Origin: Candidatus Ozemobacteraceae bacterium
GTDB lineage: Bacteria; Muiribacteriota; Ozemobacteria; Ozemobacterales; Ozemobacteraceae
Length of the DNA stretch: 64,000 bases
Assembly (NCBI GenBank): GCA_965140445.1
Contig: OZ223236.1
Span: 4,864,001 to 4,928,000, forward strand
Direction of reading: 5' to 3'
Below, one piece after another: positions 10,574-20,380 of the stretch. Position 1 is the first letter of the stretch. Each line of letters begins with the position of its first letter. The notes below the pieces were generated by a model. That model worked only from the letters and a program-made list of their open reading frames with translations, had not been told where the DNA came from and made no database searches. The translations under genes were made by a program, and so were the position numbers.

Positions 10574-13500
10574 CTACTTGCCTTCAATTCTCAACAAAGC
10601 GTCTCTGGCTTGATTTTGCAAAGTTGAATTCGGGAACAGGTTAAGTATTTTTTCATAGGCCTGACGAGCTTTAGTATAATCGCGCTGATAAGTTTCATAA
10701 GTGAAACCTATAGCGAACTGAGCCTTATCAGCAAATTCATTTTGATAATAAAGATCGATCAGTTCCTGCCATAGCTTAACCGCCTCTTCATAGTATGCAT
10801 AACCATCCCTGAGGACAAATCCCATCCTGAAGTATGCTTCGTGAACGATTGGATCATTTTGCTTGGTATCGATTATTCTTTGATAAATTCTTCTGGCTTC
10901 ATCAAAGTTTCTAATCAAGATTTCATTGGCTTTAGCAAGCTTCAACTCCATAGCAATAGTGTCAACAGATACAGGATGCTCCCTGATAAAGTTTTCTAAG
11001 AGCCTTAAAGCTTTTTCTCCATCTCTGAGCACTTCCATATAATGGTCATATAGTTTAAGCGTATATTCTGTAACCAGCGGATCGTCTGGATTCTCCTGCA
11101 ACCATCTTTCGTAGAATTCAGCTGCTTTCTGAGGGTCCATTAACTGGGAAAGGTTTAGCTCAACCAAAGATTTCATAATATCCAGCGTGGCTAACGATTC
11201 CTGATTCTCATCCCACAAATCAATCATTTCTCTTTCAGCCTTCTTGAAATCCTGCAAATCATCAATTTGTCTTTCAATGATAGCTTCAAGTTCTTCGATT
11301 ACAGCCTCATCGTCTTCGGTATAAACACGCTTGATTTTTCGCTTAGTCCTTGGCTTACTTGCCGCTTCTCGCCTCTTCTCTTCAAAACGTTTAAGTTTTG
11401 CTTCTGCGTAACGTCTTACTTTTGGGACTCTCGCATAATCAGCAACAATTGAAGAATAAAAGAGATTAGATAACTCTGGATTCCCAATTTTATCTTCAAC
11501 AAGGTTGCCAATTCTGAAAATCAAATCAAAATTCTGAGGTTGTGGCTGGTATGTGTCAAGAAGCATGTCAAGATATCCTACCGCTTTTACAAAGTCGCCC
11601 TTCTCTTCATAAAGATTTGCGATCTTTGTCATAATTTCGCGACTTCGCCTGATACTTGGGCTGGTTTGAAGAAATTTTTCATACTGCTTAATAGCACGAT
11701 CATAGTCACGAAGATCGTTTTCAAGGACTTTCCCGATGAAGTAAGGGAAATCAGAACCGCCAGTTTCAGAGTATTTTCTAAGTCTGGCCATCTCTTCTAT
11801 GTTCATTCGGGATTCAAGATCTTTTTCAAGCTCAAGAAATGCTTGTCTATGGGTAGGATAGAGATTCCTGAAGTTTAGTAATCTGGTCAAATAATGATGT
11901 GAACGTGTAAGATTTTTTTGGCGATTTTGATATTTGTATAACCAATAAAAGCCAGATCTGCTAAGCAGACTTAGAGGATATCTGTGAACCAGGCCTCTAT
12001 AAAGCTCATAGGCTTCTTTCTCTTTACCTTGAGCAGCTCTAATTCTTGCCATCCTGTAAAGAAGCATGTCTTTTCTACATCCCGGATGGAAAATGCTCCT
12101 CAGAGAGAGATCATATTCATTATATGCATTGTCCAACTGCCCCGCATCTTCAAGAATACGTCCGATGTAATATCTTAATTTTGCAACATTTGGTCTGTTT
12201 TCAAGTTTAGCAACGGCTTCTCTAAGGAGACCAATTGCATAAACAGGGTCTTTCTGGAGTTTCCAGATTTTAAAAATCTGTTTTAATCCCTTATCAATGT
12301 CTTCGGATTTTTCAGAATACAAAACCAGCTTCCTGAAAGTTTTTGAATCACTGATTCGTTGAGTTAATTCTTCTCTCAAGAAAGGATCTCTACTGGCCGA
12401 CAATCCTTTTTCCCAAAGCATAACAGCTTTCTGGTGATTCTTTTCTTCGGATAGAACAATATCACCCATTCCGAGATAAACCTCATCCAGCCTTTCAGAA
12501 TCCGGGAAAAGCTTTACAAAAGTTTCATAGTTTTCCATAGCTCCGGAGAGGTCTTTTAAATCTTCTTTTAATAATCTGGCACGCTCGATGACAACTTCCT
12601 GACCTTCGCGGCCTTTTGTACCTTTTCTAAGCATGTCTGAAAGTTCTGAAACAGCTTTAATTGACCTGGTTTTATCCGCTCTTATCTTACTTTCTCTGAA
12701 ATAATCAGACTTTGGATAAACCAGAGTAATTTCATAAAAAAGATCCTGAGACCTATATTTAGTATTTTCAGCCCCTTCTACCAACTTTGCCAGACGGAAC
12801 ATTCTAGCTGCAGTTTCTGGTTCTTCAGGATACTGTTCGATCAAGGTTTCAATATCACTAATAACTCCTCGCTTACCAAGTTCTTCAAGTTTTTTCTCGA
12901 CCCAAACAGTGGCATCTGGGGTTTCGAATTCCGTTGAATATTTTTCAAGCAGTTTACCTGCCTGGATATAATCCTGATCCTCTTCAGCTTTCTTTATAAC
13001 GCGCTTTAGGGCTTTTAGTCTGAACTCTTCCAGTCCCTTAAACTCTAATGCCTGTTGAACATAGCTAAATTGCTCGGTCAATCTTTCGAGTCGGAGACAA
13101 ATTTCACCTTTTCTTTCAGACTCATACGCCAATGAAGCTTCAAGGGTTCTTATGGCTTCTTTTTTCTTATCTTCGCTAATGAGAAGCTTGGCAAGATCAA
13201 TTGAAGCATTAACACGAACTTCATCTTCAAGCTTACTGTCATCAATCAACTTTCGGAAAAATCTCTCGGCGTTTTTTACATCTTCCAGTTTAGTATAAAC
13301 TCGTGGAATGCGCTTTCTAACTTCAATTTCTCTTATTCCATTCGGGTAGAAAGAAAGATATTCAAAATATGATTTGCTGGCTTCTTCATATTCTTTTTGA
13401 AAATGCTCTTTTGCCATTGCAAGCCTATATAGAAGTTCTGATTGCCATTCAGCGTAGTTATGCTTGGATAGAAGCATTTGAGCTTCATTTACAAATAACT

Positions 13501-16363
13501 CAGGAACTAATTTCCTGAAAAAGCGGCAAGAGATATACCTTTTTAAAGCTTTTTGCCTTAGTTTAAGAGAAACCTGGTCTTTGGTAAGAATTTCAAGAGC
13601 CATGGTTGCTGCTTTTTCAATATCAGGCTTACTCTTACTGACTTCGATTAAAAGCTCTTCATAAAGTTCCTCTGCTGACTCGTTTGCCAGATTTTTTTTA
13701 CTATTTTCCTCGTCTAATGCGTTCTCATCGGCTTTTTTCGCTTCTTCTTTTTCCTGAATCAGCTCTCTCTCTTCATTGCGCTCAAGAGCGGTCTGTCTAA
13801 GCCATTCTTCTGGAGATATTGCCTCTTTTAACTCAGCAATTCGCTTTCCAGCCTTTTCAGCCAAATTTGGTGAAATACGCATAACTCTTCTAAAAAATCT
13901 TGTTGCCTGAACCGGGTGATGAAGAGCAGCGGAGGCTTCTCCAAGGGCCAGATACGCTTTTGGCAGATGTCTGCTTCTTGGGAATCTGGCACAAAAACGC
14001 TGCAATGTTTCAAGTCCTTTAATTCCTCGGCCCTCAGCAAGATATAGTCGCCCCAATCTATACTGTGGGGTTTCCAGATAAGGGTTCAGCGGTTTGGCAA
14101 GAGCCATAGCTTTTTCATACCACTTTACCGATTCAGAAACATCTTTTTTTACTCTATAAGCTATATTACCAAGAGTGAGAACACATTTTAACTGAGGGGT
14201 TCCCGTTGATGTAGATGCAAGTTCTTCAAAAAGTTCCTTTGCATCTTCCGGGTATTCTCTGTATAGCTTAACTCCGCCTTTATAAACGAGTCCCCAGCGA
14301 AGTTCGTCGTCTATTTTCAGCTCCTTAACTTCTTCGATCAACCCTTTAAGCGGAGCACTGGAAGAAGCAAGAGTTAAAACATCCATGAGGTTTTCATAAA
14401 CTTCAACTTTATCGCGATTACCCACCACATCAAGAATCTTTCGCAAGCTTTCCTCACGAATTCTGAAAGCCAGATCACGCCACTGTTGCTTCAGCTTAAA
14501 GTAATCTTTTTCAGATGGAAGCCTATGATCCAGATAATTGCGAAGAATATGCAGGGCTTTAACCTGTTCATTTTTCTGAATATAAGTTTTATAAAGCTTA
14601 AGCCTGTATTCTGCAGAATCTTCGGACTCAGGATATTTACCAATAAAATCTATCATCATTTCATTGGCTCTATTGTCGTCTCCAAGGTCTTCCCTGACAA
14701 TCCTGATACTGTCTTTCTGTCCCTGCATAGCCCAATAGCTATCAGGATAAGCGTAAGCAAGATCTTTAAAAATCTCCAATGCACCTACAGGGTCTTTTCG
14801 ATGTAAAACCAGAAGATTTCCCATTCTATAGCGCACTTCATCAATTCGGCTCCAGTCATATAGAACATCCAGATTCCAACTGGACTTAACCGGAGAAAAT
14901 TTGATCAGGTATCTTTGGTACATTTCATAAGCCGTATCAAAATCTCTAACATCATCATCAGTTATTACCGCGCTCCTGAAAAGCGCTTCCCGGTATAATT
15001 CATGATTGGGATGTCTTTGAATAAATCTTTCATAAAGCTTTAAAGCCTCATGGATTTTTCGACTTCGATATTTTTCATAAGCCATTTCAAAAAGCATTTG
15101 AGCGGGAGAAATTTTGGGCTCAGTTCGATTTAATCCCGCTTTAATCCAGGGGATTTCCTGAGGTTTTTCTCTATCTTTATTTAGATCAGAAGCTTTCTGA
15201 TAATAAGATTTTGCCCTGTCCGGATTATTGAGCTTGTATTCACTAATGTAACCTGCCATTTTGCAGGCCAAAATTGCCCAGTATCTTTCTTCTTCTTCTT
15301 TCTCCTGCCTGACTTCAAGAGAAATTGATTCGGAAGCAACAAGATGAGGAGGGGTTTCCATAAGACTATCCAACACTTTAACCGCAGCTTCCATATCATT
15401 TAAAACATTTAGCGCAAGCTGGCTTTGCAAAATAGTACTAATTCTAAAACCATAAAGATCTCTGGTTTCATTTCTATAAGCGCTGTAAAGACGCATTGCC
15501 TTTTCAGGATCTTTTTTAGAAACATAAAAATGGTTTAAAACAGCTTCTAAAAGCTGAGACTGAATTTTTGCCTCAGTATTCTCAATTGATGCTTTAACCA
15601 GAAATGGCAAGCCACGTTCCGGATTAGACAAATCAAAAGCATGTAAAAGACCAATTTGCAGCAATGCTTTTGCTGAAGCTTCTTTTTCTGTGAATTTGGA
15701 AATTTCTTCCCATGCTTCAAGTGCTTTCATTGCAATTTCAAGATCATAACCACGCTGGAAACCCATAATGTATTCCACGGCTTCAAGATCTGTTTTTTCT
15801 GGAAACGATTTATAGTATCTTTCAAAAGCTGCAAACAAAGTTTTCAAACTTGTTAAATCACGCCCCAGCAGCTCCGCTCTCTGAATTTTAGCTCTAACAA
15901 GGACCTCTCGATCTGGATTCCACGAAATCAGGCGATCCAGCTCTTTTAAAGCCCCTTTAAAATCTTTATCTTCTTCCAAAATTTCTGCATGAAGAAGTTT
16001 TGCTTCCCAGACTACAGAGGGCTTAATGTGATCTGCTCTAAAAAGAGTTCTTAAATAGATTAAAGATCTTTTAGGTTCTCTCAGCTCTTTATAATGACGA
16101 GCAAGATATAACCAGCCTTCGCCGGCATCCCTATCCGGTTTTTCTCTAACAAAATCAAGAATTTCTTTTTTAAGAATCTGATTCTGTTCCTTTTTCCTTT
16201 TTGCTTCTCGAAGGAGATCTTTCGCCCTGCTTTTGCGTTTTTTCTTCTCAGCTTCTTTATCTTCCGCACTAATTGCGAAGTTGGAGACTAATAAAAAAAA
16301 GAAAATCAGCAATATTGCTGAAAATCTAAAATGTCTTTGATTATTTTGATTTGTTGCGCTCAT
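10574..16363 (-). CDS. Giant secreted/periplasmic TPR protein (1929 aa)
   Basis: N-terminal signal peptide; dozens of BamD/YbgF-like TPR units (A..Y..F...YP.S pattern) along the whole length. Confidence 0.88.
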   Translation of the reverse strand: MSATNQNNQRHFRFSAILLIFFFLLVSNFAISAEDKEAEKKKRKSRAKDLLREAKRKKEQNQILKKEILDFVREKPDRDAGEGWLYLARHYKELREPKRSLIYLRTLFRADHIKPSVVWEAKLLHAEILEEDKDFKGALKELDRLISWNPDREVLVRAKIQRAELLGRDLTSLKTLFAAFERYYKSFPEKTDLEAVEYIMGFQRGYDLEIAMKALEAWEEISKFTEKEASAKALLQIGLLHAFDLSNPERGLPFLVKASIENTEAKIQSQLLEAVLNHFYVSKKDPEKAMRLYSAYRNETRDLYGFRISTILQSQLALNVLNDMEAAVKVLDSLMETPPHLVASESISLEVRQEKEEEERYWAILACKMAGYISEYKLNNPDRAKSYYQKASDLNKDREKPQEIPWIKAGLNRTEPKISPAQMLFEMAYEKYRSRKIHEALKLYERFIQRHPNHELYREALFRSAVITDDDVRDFDTAYEMYQRYLIKFSPVKSSWNLDVLYDWSRIDEVRYRMGNLLVLHRKDPVGALEIFKDLAYAYPDSYWAMQGQKDSIRIVREDLGDDNRANEMMIDFIGKYPESEDSAEYRLKLYKTYIQKNEQVKALHILRNYLDHRLPSEKDYFKLKQQWRDLAFRIREESLRKILDVVGNRDKVEVYENLMDVLTLASSSAPLKGLIEEVKELKIDDELRWGLVYKGGVKLYREYPEDAKELFEELASTSTGTPQLKCVLTLGNIAYRVKKDVSESVKWYEKAMALAKPLNPYLETPQYRLGRLYLAEGRGIKGLETLQRFCARFPRSRHLPKAYLALGEASAALHHPVQATRFFRRVMRISPNLAEKAGKRIAELKEAISPEEWLRQTALERNEERELIQEKEEAKKADENALDEENSKKNLANESAEELYEELLIEVSKSKPDIEKAATMALEILTKDQVSLKLRQKALKRYISCRFFRKLVPELFVNEAQMLLSKHNYAEWQSELLYRLAMAKEHFQKEYEEASKSYFEYLSFYPNGIREIEVRKRIPRVYTKLEDVKNAERFFRKLIDDSKLEDEVRVNASIDLAKLLISEDKKKEAIRTLEASLAYESERKGEICLRLERLTEQFSYVQQALEFKGLEEFRLKALKRVIKKAEEDQDYIQAGKLLEKYSTEFETPDATVWVEKKLEELGKRGVISDIETLIEQYPEEPETAARMFRLAKLVEGAENTKYRSQDLFYEITLVYPKSDYFRESKIRADKTRSIKAVSELSDMLRKGTKGREGQEVVIERARLLKEDLKDLSGAMENYETFVKLFPDSERLDEVYLGMGDIVLSEEKNHQKAVMLWEKGLSASRDPFLREELTQRISDSKTFRKLVLYSEKSEDIDKGLKQIFKIWKLQKDPVYAIGLLREAVAKLENRPNVAKLRYYIGRILEDAGQLDNAYNEYDLSLRSIFHPGCRKDMLLYRMARIRAAQGKEKEAYELYRGLVHRYPLSLLSRSGFYWLYKYQNRQKNLTRSHHYLTRLLNFRNLYPTHRQAFLELEKDLESRMNIEEMARLRKYSETGGSDFPYFIGKVLENDLRDYDRAIKQYEKFLQTSPSIRRSREIMTKIANLYEEKGDFVKAVGYLDMLLDTYQPQPQNFDLIFRIGNLVEDKIGNPELSNLFYSSIVADYARVPKVRRYAEAKLKRFEEKRREAASKPRTKRKIKRVYTEDDEAVIEELEAIIERQIDDLQDFKKAEREMIDLWDENQESLATLDIMKSLVELNLSQLMDPQKAAEFYERWLQENPDDPLVTEYTLKLYDHYMEVLRDGEKALRLLENFIREHPVSVDTIAMELKLAKANEILIRNFDEARRIYQRIIDTKQNDPIVHEAYFRMGFVLRDGYAYYEEAVKLWQELIDLYYQNEFADKAQFAIGFTYETYQRDYTKARQAYEKILNLFPNSTLQNQARDALLRIEGK

Positions 16364-16433
16364 GTTTTCTCTGCTCTTAGGTTAAGTTTTACAATATATC
16401 CAAATATATCAGAACCAAGGATTGCCAAACAAT

Positions 16434-16459
16434 AAAAAAAGGGGGAAAAGCTCCCCCTT
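16434..16459 (-). terminator. Intrinsic terminator after the TPR lipoprotein gene
   Basis: GGGGGA-GCTTT-TCCCCC followed by T7 on the minus strand. Confidence 0.75.
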
Positions 16460-16477
16460 ATTTGTTTTATACTAATC

Positions 16478-17092
16478 TTAGTCTTTCCAGCCCAGTAAGA
16501 AAAAGGCTTCATCAATCTTGTCTACTGAGGTTCCAACCATCATTGAATCTAATGCCGCCGCTTTATTAATATAAACTTTTGCCTGATCCATGTCACCAGC
16601 TAATGCATAAGACAAAGCTGTTAAGGCATGAACTTTTGCAGCATTTAAAGATAGACCTGTGTGCAGTGGGGCAAATTTTTCCGGCGGCATATTTCCGAGC
16701 ATTTCTGCTGCTCTTACGTAATCATAAGAACTTTGATGTCTGTAGATAAGTGCTCCGGCCAAACCAACCTTTGCTTCATTGTCTCTATCTGCAGCCACTT
16801 CGAAATAAGGAATGGATTCCAGTATTTTCCCATCCTTAGACAAAGCCCAGCCCATTCCAGTATGTGCAGAAACCCTCTGTGCATCAGTAAGGTTTTCATT
16901 CAGTGCCTGCTGAAAACTGGCTTTTCCACTGGAAAAGTTACCAAGTTTCACAGCATCCCAACCTTCATTGATAAGTTTATCTGCAACAATAATATCACTG
17001 GTTCCACCACCGTTACTGCTTCCCCCACAGTTTTGAATCATGGGGAAGGTCATCAATACAATTAGCAGCAGAAAGAATTTGGCTTTTTTCAT
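16478..17092 (-). CDS. TPR-containing lipoprotein
   Basis: Signal peptide with a lipobox-like IQNC followed by GGSS; TPR helices (AHTGMGWAL, EAKVGLAG). Confidence 0.75.
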   Translation of the reverse strand: MKKAKFFLLLIVLMTFPMIQNCGGSSNGGGTSDIIVADKLINEGWDAVKLGNFSSGKASFQQALNENLTDAQRVSAHTGMGWALSKDGKILESIPYFEVAADRDNEAKVGLAGALIYRHQSSYDYVRAAEMLGNMPPEKFAPLHTGLSLNAAKVHALTALSYALAGDMDQAKVYINKAAALDSMMVGTSVDKIDEAFFLLGWKD

Positions 17093-17107
17093 ATTAATTT
17101 CTCCGTT

Positions 17108-20100
17108 TTAGCGCAAGACCGCTATTTTCTGGCGTTGCTTATAAGTTTTTCCATCTAATTGAACCTTAATCTCAGCGTAGTAAACAGCATTTGCAACCTT
17201 TTCTCCGCCAGAGTTTCTTAAATCCCAACGTGCTTCATAAATTCCGCTGCCCTTATATGGCATAGGAATTTCAGCAACTTTATGTCCGCTGACATCCATA
17301 ATCTTAGCCGCGGCAACACCAGTCCCGGCAACAGTTCCATTAAATGAAGCCCTAATTGTTGTAGAAACTCTTGCGGGATTTGGATATACAGTCATCTGTG
17401 TTAGAGCAACCGGCCCTGCAACCTGAGCCTTAATACTTGCTCTGGCAAAGTTGCTGGCGTTATCTTCAGCCTGAACATCAAATTCATAGTTACCATCAAG
17501 AAGTCCGGCAGTGTTTATCAGAACTTTTCCAGATTCTGCATCAAATTTCACCGGCAAGGAAATTCCATCATATTCAGCCTTAACGGTTTGAGCTTTGATT
17601 CCAGAACCAATATCCGATATTTTCACAGCAACCCAACCGTTTCCAAGCCTTTCAGACTGATTTTCAATGGTTGGTGCAGATTCATCAACGCCAACAAATA
17701 CGCTACAGCTATTTTCAATACTGCCTACAGCAGTTGCTTCTTTCCAGTGAAGAGGTCCGAGCCACACAGGTTTTTCACCAGAAACTCTGTAAAGGCCGGC
17801 TTTACCTTCGCGTCCCTTAACAGTATTGTTTACTGGCATTTCAATTTTAATTGGTGAAGCAGCTTTTTCCACAGGCAAACCAACATCAAAGTTTCTGGAA
17901 ACTCTCTCAATACCCCTATAAGAAGCGGTATTTTCAGATGCGGCGATAGTTACAGTTCCACCCGTTTTCAAGCTACCTCTAGGAATATCTACAGTTGCAA
18001 ATGAGGCCTTAAGAAGACCTTCGCTTCCTGGAGGATAATAAACTGCTGAAAATTGTAGAGAATTTGATAAAATCACTCCATTTTCGTTGGTTCCGTTTGC
18101 AACAATTGATCCCTCGCCTGATTTGTTCAAATTGTAGTTTGAAATGTAGGTTGAATCATTTACAGGAACCATAGTTAAATATCCCTGTTCGCCTTCAAAT
18201 GTCATCTGCAATCTTGGTTCTGCTGCAAACTTGCTTTCAGTTCCCACAACAATGTGAAGGAAGTTTTCAAAAGCGGGGTTAGGGAATAGAGCGACTTTTA
18301 AATCATCAAAAGTGCCTGAGTAAACATAGTTCATTTTTTCATAATTGGCGTTACCGGTAACCATTGGAACAAGAACCAGGTTTTCATAGGTTCCACCAGC
18401 TCCATAGTTTTGAATAACAAGATTTCCGGACTGCTTATCATTCAAATAAAGGAACTCAACTGTAGTGTCTACATCGGGTCCTCTTTTAATAACTGCAGCT
18501 CTGAACTGTGTTCTATCATCGCCGTCAAAGCCAAGATTGAGATTCCCGGTGTTACCTGAGATTTCAACATAGTCAGCGGCCCATGGATTTACGTTCGATG
18601 AGCGAGCAGTTGCCTGGTCGCTTAATATAACTTTTTCAGAGAATTTAACCGGTAAAGTTTCATTCTTTCCGATGTTGTTTGTTGTATCATAGTCGTTATC
18701 AACGTTATAGCCCCATTTACCGTCGTTTAAGAGGCTGCCGTCACGTTTTCTTGTTTTATCAAGATAATTTGCTATGGTCCAGTCCGCAAAAACATCAGCA
18801 GCAGTAGTTCCAAATGGAGTAAGCACCGAGTCGATAGCACCCATTCCATGATCAGCATGCCTGATAATATTTCTAATAAAATTAGAAACATTGGCCCCAC
18901 CGTATTTTTCTACCAGGTAGAACACCCACAGAATTGATGCGCCATAGTTTGCAAAAGGACTTTGCCCCAACCAGACTTCTGAAATTCTGTTTTCCACCAA
19001 AATGGTATCTGGCCTTTTCAGAAATTCATCAAGATTGCTGGTGAATTTGCCATTGTAGAGATACTGGCCATACTGTGTAAGACCTTCTTCAAGCCATCTT
19101 TCCATTCCAACTAACGCTCCGTCTATCACAGAGTAGCCTTCATTGAAGATAACCATATGAGTAAATTCATGGGCTACTGTTCCATAAGTGTCAGTAGGAT
19201 ATAGAGCGAAGCTCGGGAACATATCGATATTCAAAAGTTCCTTTTCATTGCTCAGCGACTGAGAAGTTCTTGGGAACTGATTTCCAGCCCAGAAATATCC
19301 TCTGAAGCTTCCGGAACCATCACGAATATCGTCGAGCATAATGTAGATTTTTGGATCACCATCAACATCAGCTTCACTTCCAAAATATTCTCTAATTTTT
19401 GGGTAAATAACTCCGTCAAACTGGTCTGCCAGCTCTTTAAGTTTTAAACGGGCAAGATTTTTGTCAGAGCCCAAAACATATCGCGGTTCGAGGACCGTTC
19501 CATTAGCATCTGGAGCATAGTAATATGGACCATTTGAGAAAACAGTGCTATCAGGCCAGTAAAGTCCCCAGGAAGCTTCGGCCGCAGGAGTAACTTCTTC
19601 ATTTGTAGAAATTCCTCTTGGCAAAGTTGGGAAATACATTACCGGAACAAAAATGTAGCAATGACTGCCAATGTATCTCAAAACTGCTTTGGGATAATGA
19701 CCATTTCCATCAATATCATAAATTTCGCCAGCCCAATTGCTGCCAAAACTCGATCTACCATCATCCGTATCAGGATTACCATTTGTTCCAGGCCATTCTC
19801 CGCCATCATGGAAAAGATTGGTTAATCCATATCCATTGGAAGTTGAAAATGGAATCTCAGCTGAATCAACATCTGCTGCCGAAAAGTTTCTTCCACCGAC
19901 AACAGCCCTGATTGAGCCTGTAATTCCTTTGAGTTTTTCTGATTGTAATACTATAGGTTGCGAGAAAAGACTGGCGTTAACAAATGGGGAAAGATCTGCT
20001 TCAGCGCCTAATTTTCTTGCCTGAATTCCCTGTTGAACAGCGATTTCTCGCATATCAGCAGGAACAATGTTTTCCTGTGCAAAAATATTCCCTGCTGACA

Positions 20101-20161
20101 AAAAGATGCCAAGCAGTAGTAGCAAAACCTTTAGCTTTTGATTTGTAATTGCCGTTTTCAT
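17108..20161 (-). CDS. Secreted zinc metallopeptidase (M30-like, HEFTH) with Ig-like domains and a T9SS-A/FlgD-like C-terminal domain
   Basis: TVAHEFTHM...WLEEG; C-terminus VYPNP...IMDVSG...WDLRNSGGEKVANAVYY...KIAVLR; ATG at 20161 with GGGGA RBS and a signal peptide. Confidence 0.82.
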   Translation of the reverse strand: MKTAITNQKLKVLLLLLGIFLSAGNIFAQENIVPADMREIAVQQGIQARKLGAEADLSPFVNASLFSQPIVLQSEKLKGITGSIRAVVGGRNFSAADVDSAEIPFSTSNGYGLTNLFHDGGEWPGTNGNPDTDDGRSSFGSNWAGEIYDIDGNGHYPKAVLRYIGSHCYIFVPVMYFPTLPRGISTNEEVTPAAEASWGLYWPDSTVFSNGPYYYAPDANGTVLEPRYVLGSDKNLARLKLKELADQFDGVIYPKIREYFGSEADVDGDPKIYIMLDDIRDGSGSFRGYFWAGNQFPRTSQSLSNEKELLNIDMFPSFALYPTDTYGTVAHEFTHMVIFNEGYSVIDGALVGMERWLEEGLTQYGQYLYNGKFTSNLDEFLKRPDTILVENRISEVWLGQSPFANYGASILWVFYLVEKYGGANVSNFIRNIIRHADHGMGAIDSVLTPFGTTAADVFADWTIANYLDKTRKRDGSLLNDGKWGYNVDNDYDTTNNIGKNETLPVKFSEKVILSDQATARSSNVNPWAADYVEISGNTGNLNLGFDGDDRTQFRAAVIKRGPDVDTTVEFLYLNDKQSGNLVIQNYGAGGTYENLVLVPMVTGNANYEKMNYVYSGTFDDLKVALFPNPAFENFLHIVVGTESKFAAEPRLQMTFEGEQGYLTMVPVNDSTYISNYNLNKSGEGSIVANGTNENGVILSNSLQFSAVYYPPGSEGLLKASFATVDIPRGSLKTGGTVTIAASENTASYRGIERVSRNFDVGLPVEKAASPIKIEMPVNNTVKGREGKAGLYRVSGEKPVWLGPLHWKEATAVGSIENSCSVFVGVDESAPTIENQSERLGNGWVAVKISDIGSGIKAQTVKAEYDGISLPVKFDAESGKVLINTAGLLDGNYEFDVQAEDNASNFARASIKAQVAGPVALTQMTVYPNPARVSTTIRASFNGTVAGTGVAAAKIMDVSGHKVAEIPMPYKGSGIYEARWDLRNSGGEKVANAVYYAEIKVQLDGKTYKQRQKIAVLR

Positions 20162-20210
20162 GCTTTCCCCTGCGTTATTATTCAAGTTAAGATAATAGTA
20201 TTCCTCCACT

Positions 20211-20238
20211 TTATCGGCACTTACTTTGCATTAGCTGA
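20211..20238. promoter_or_regulatory. Overlapping putative sigma28 (minus) and sigma54 (plus) promoters
   Basis: Minus strand: TCAG-N16-GCCGATAA. Plus strand: CGGCACTTACTTTGCA (GG-N10-GC) at 20215-20230. Confidence 0.5.
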
Positions 20239-20380
20239 GAAAAAAAACACAGTTTTTCAAATACAACAAATGTCAGGGCAGTTAACGCACCTCTAATATT
20301 TGATGAGCGGTACCTTGTGGGAAATCTATTCTGTAAGTATAATTACATAAAATTATCCCCTTATTTTCCGGAGGTTTGGT

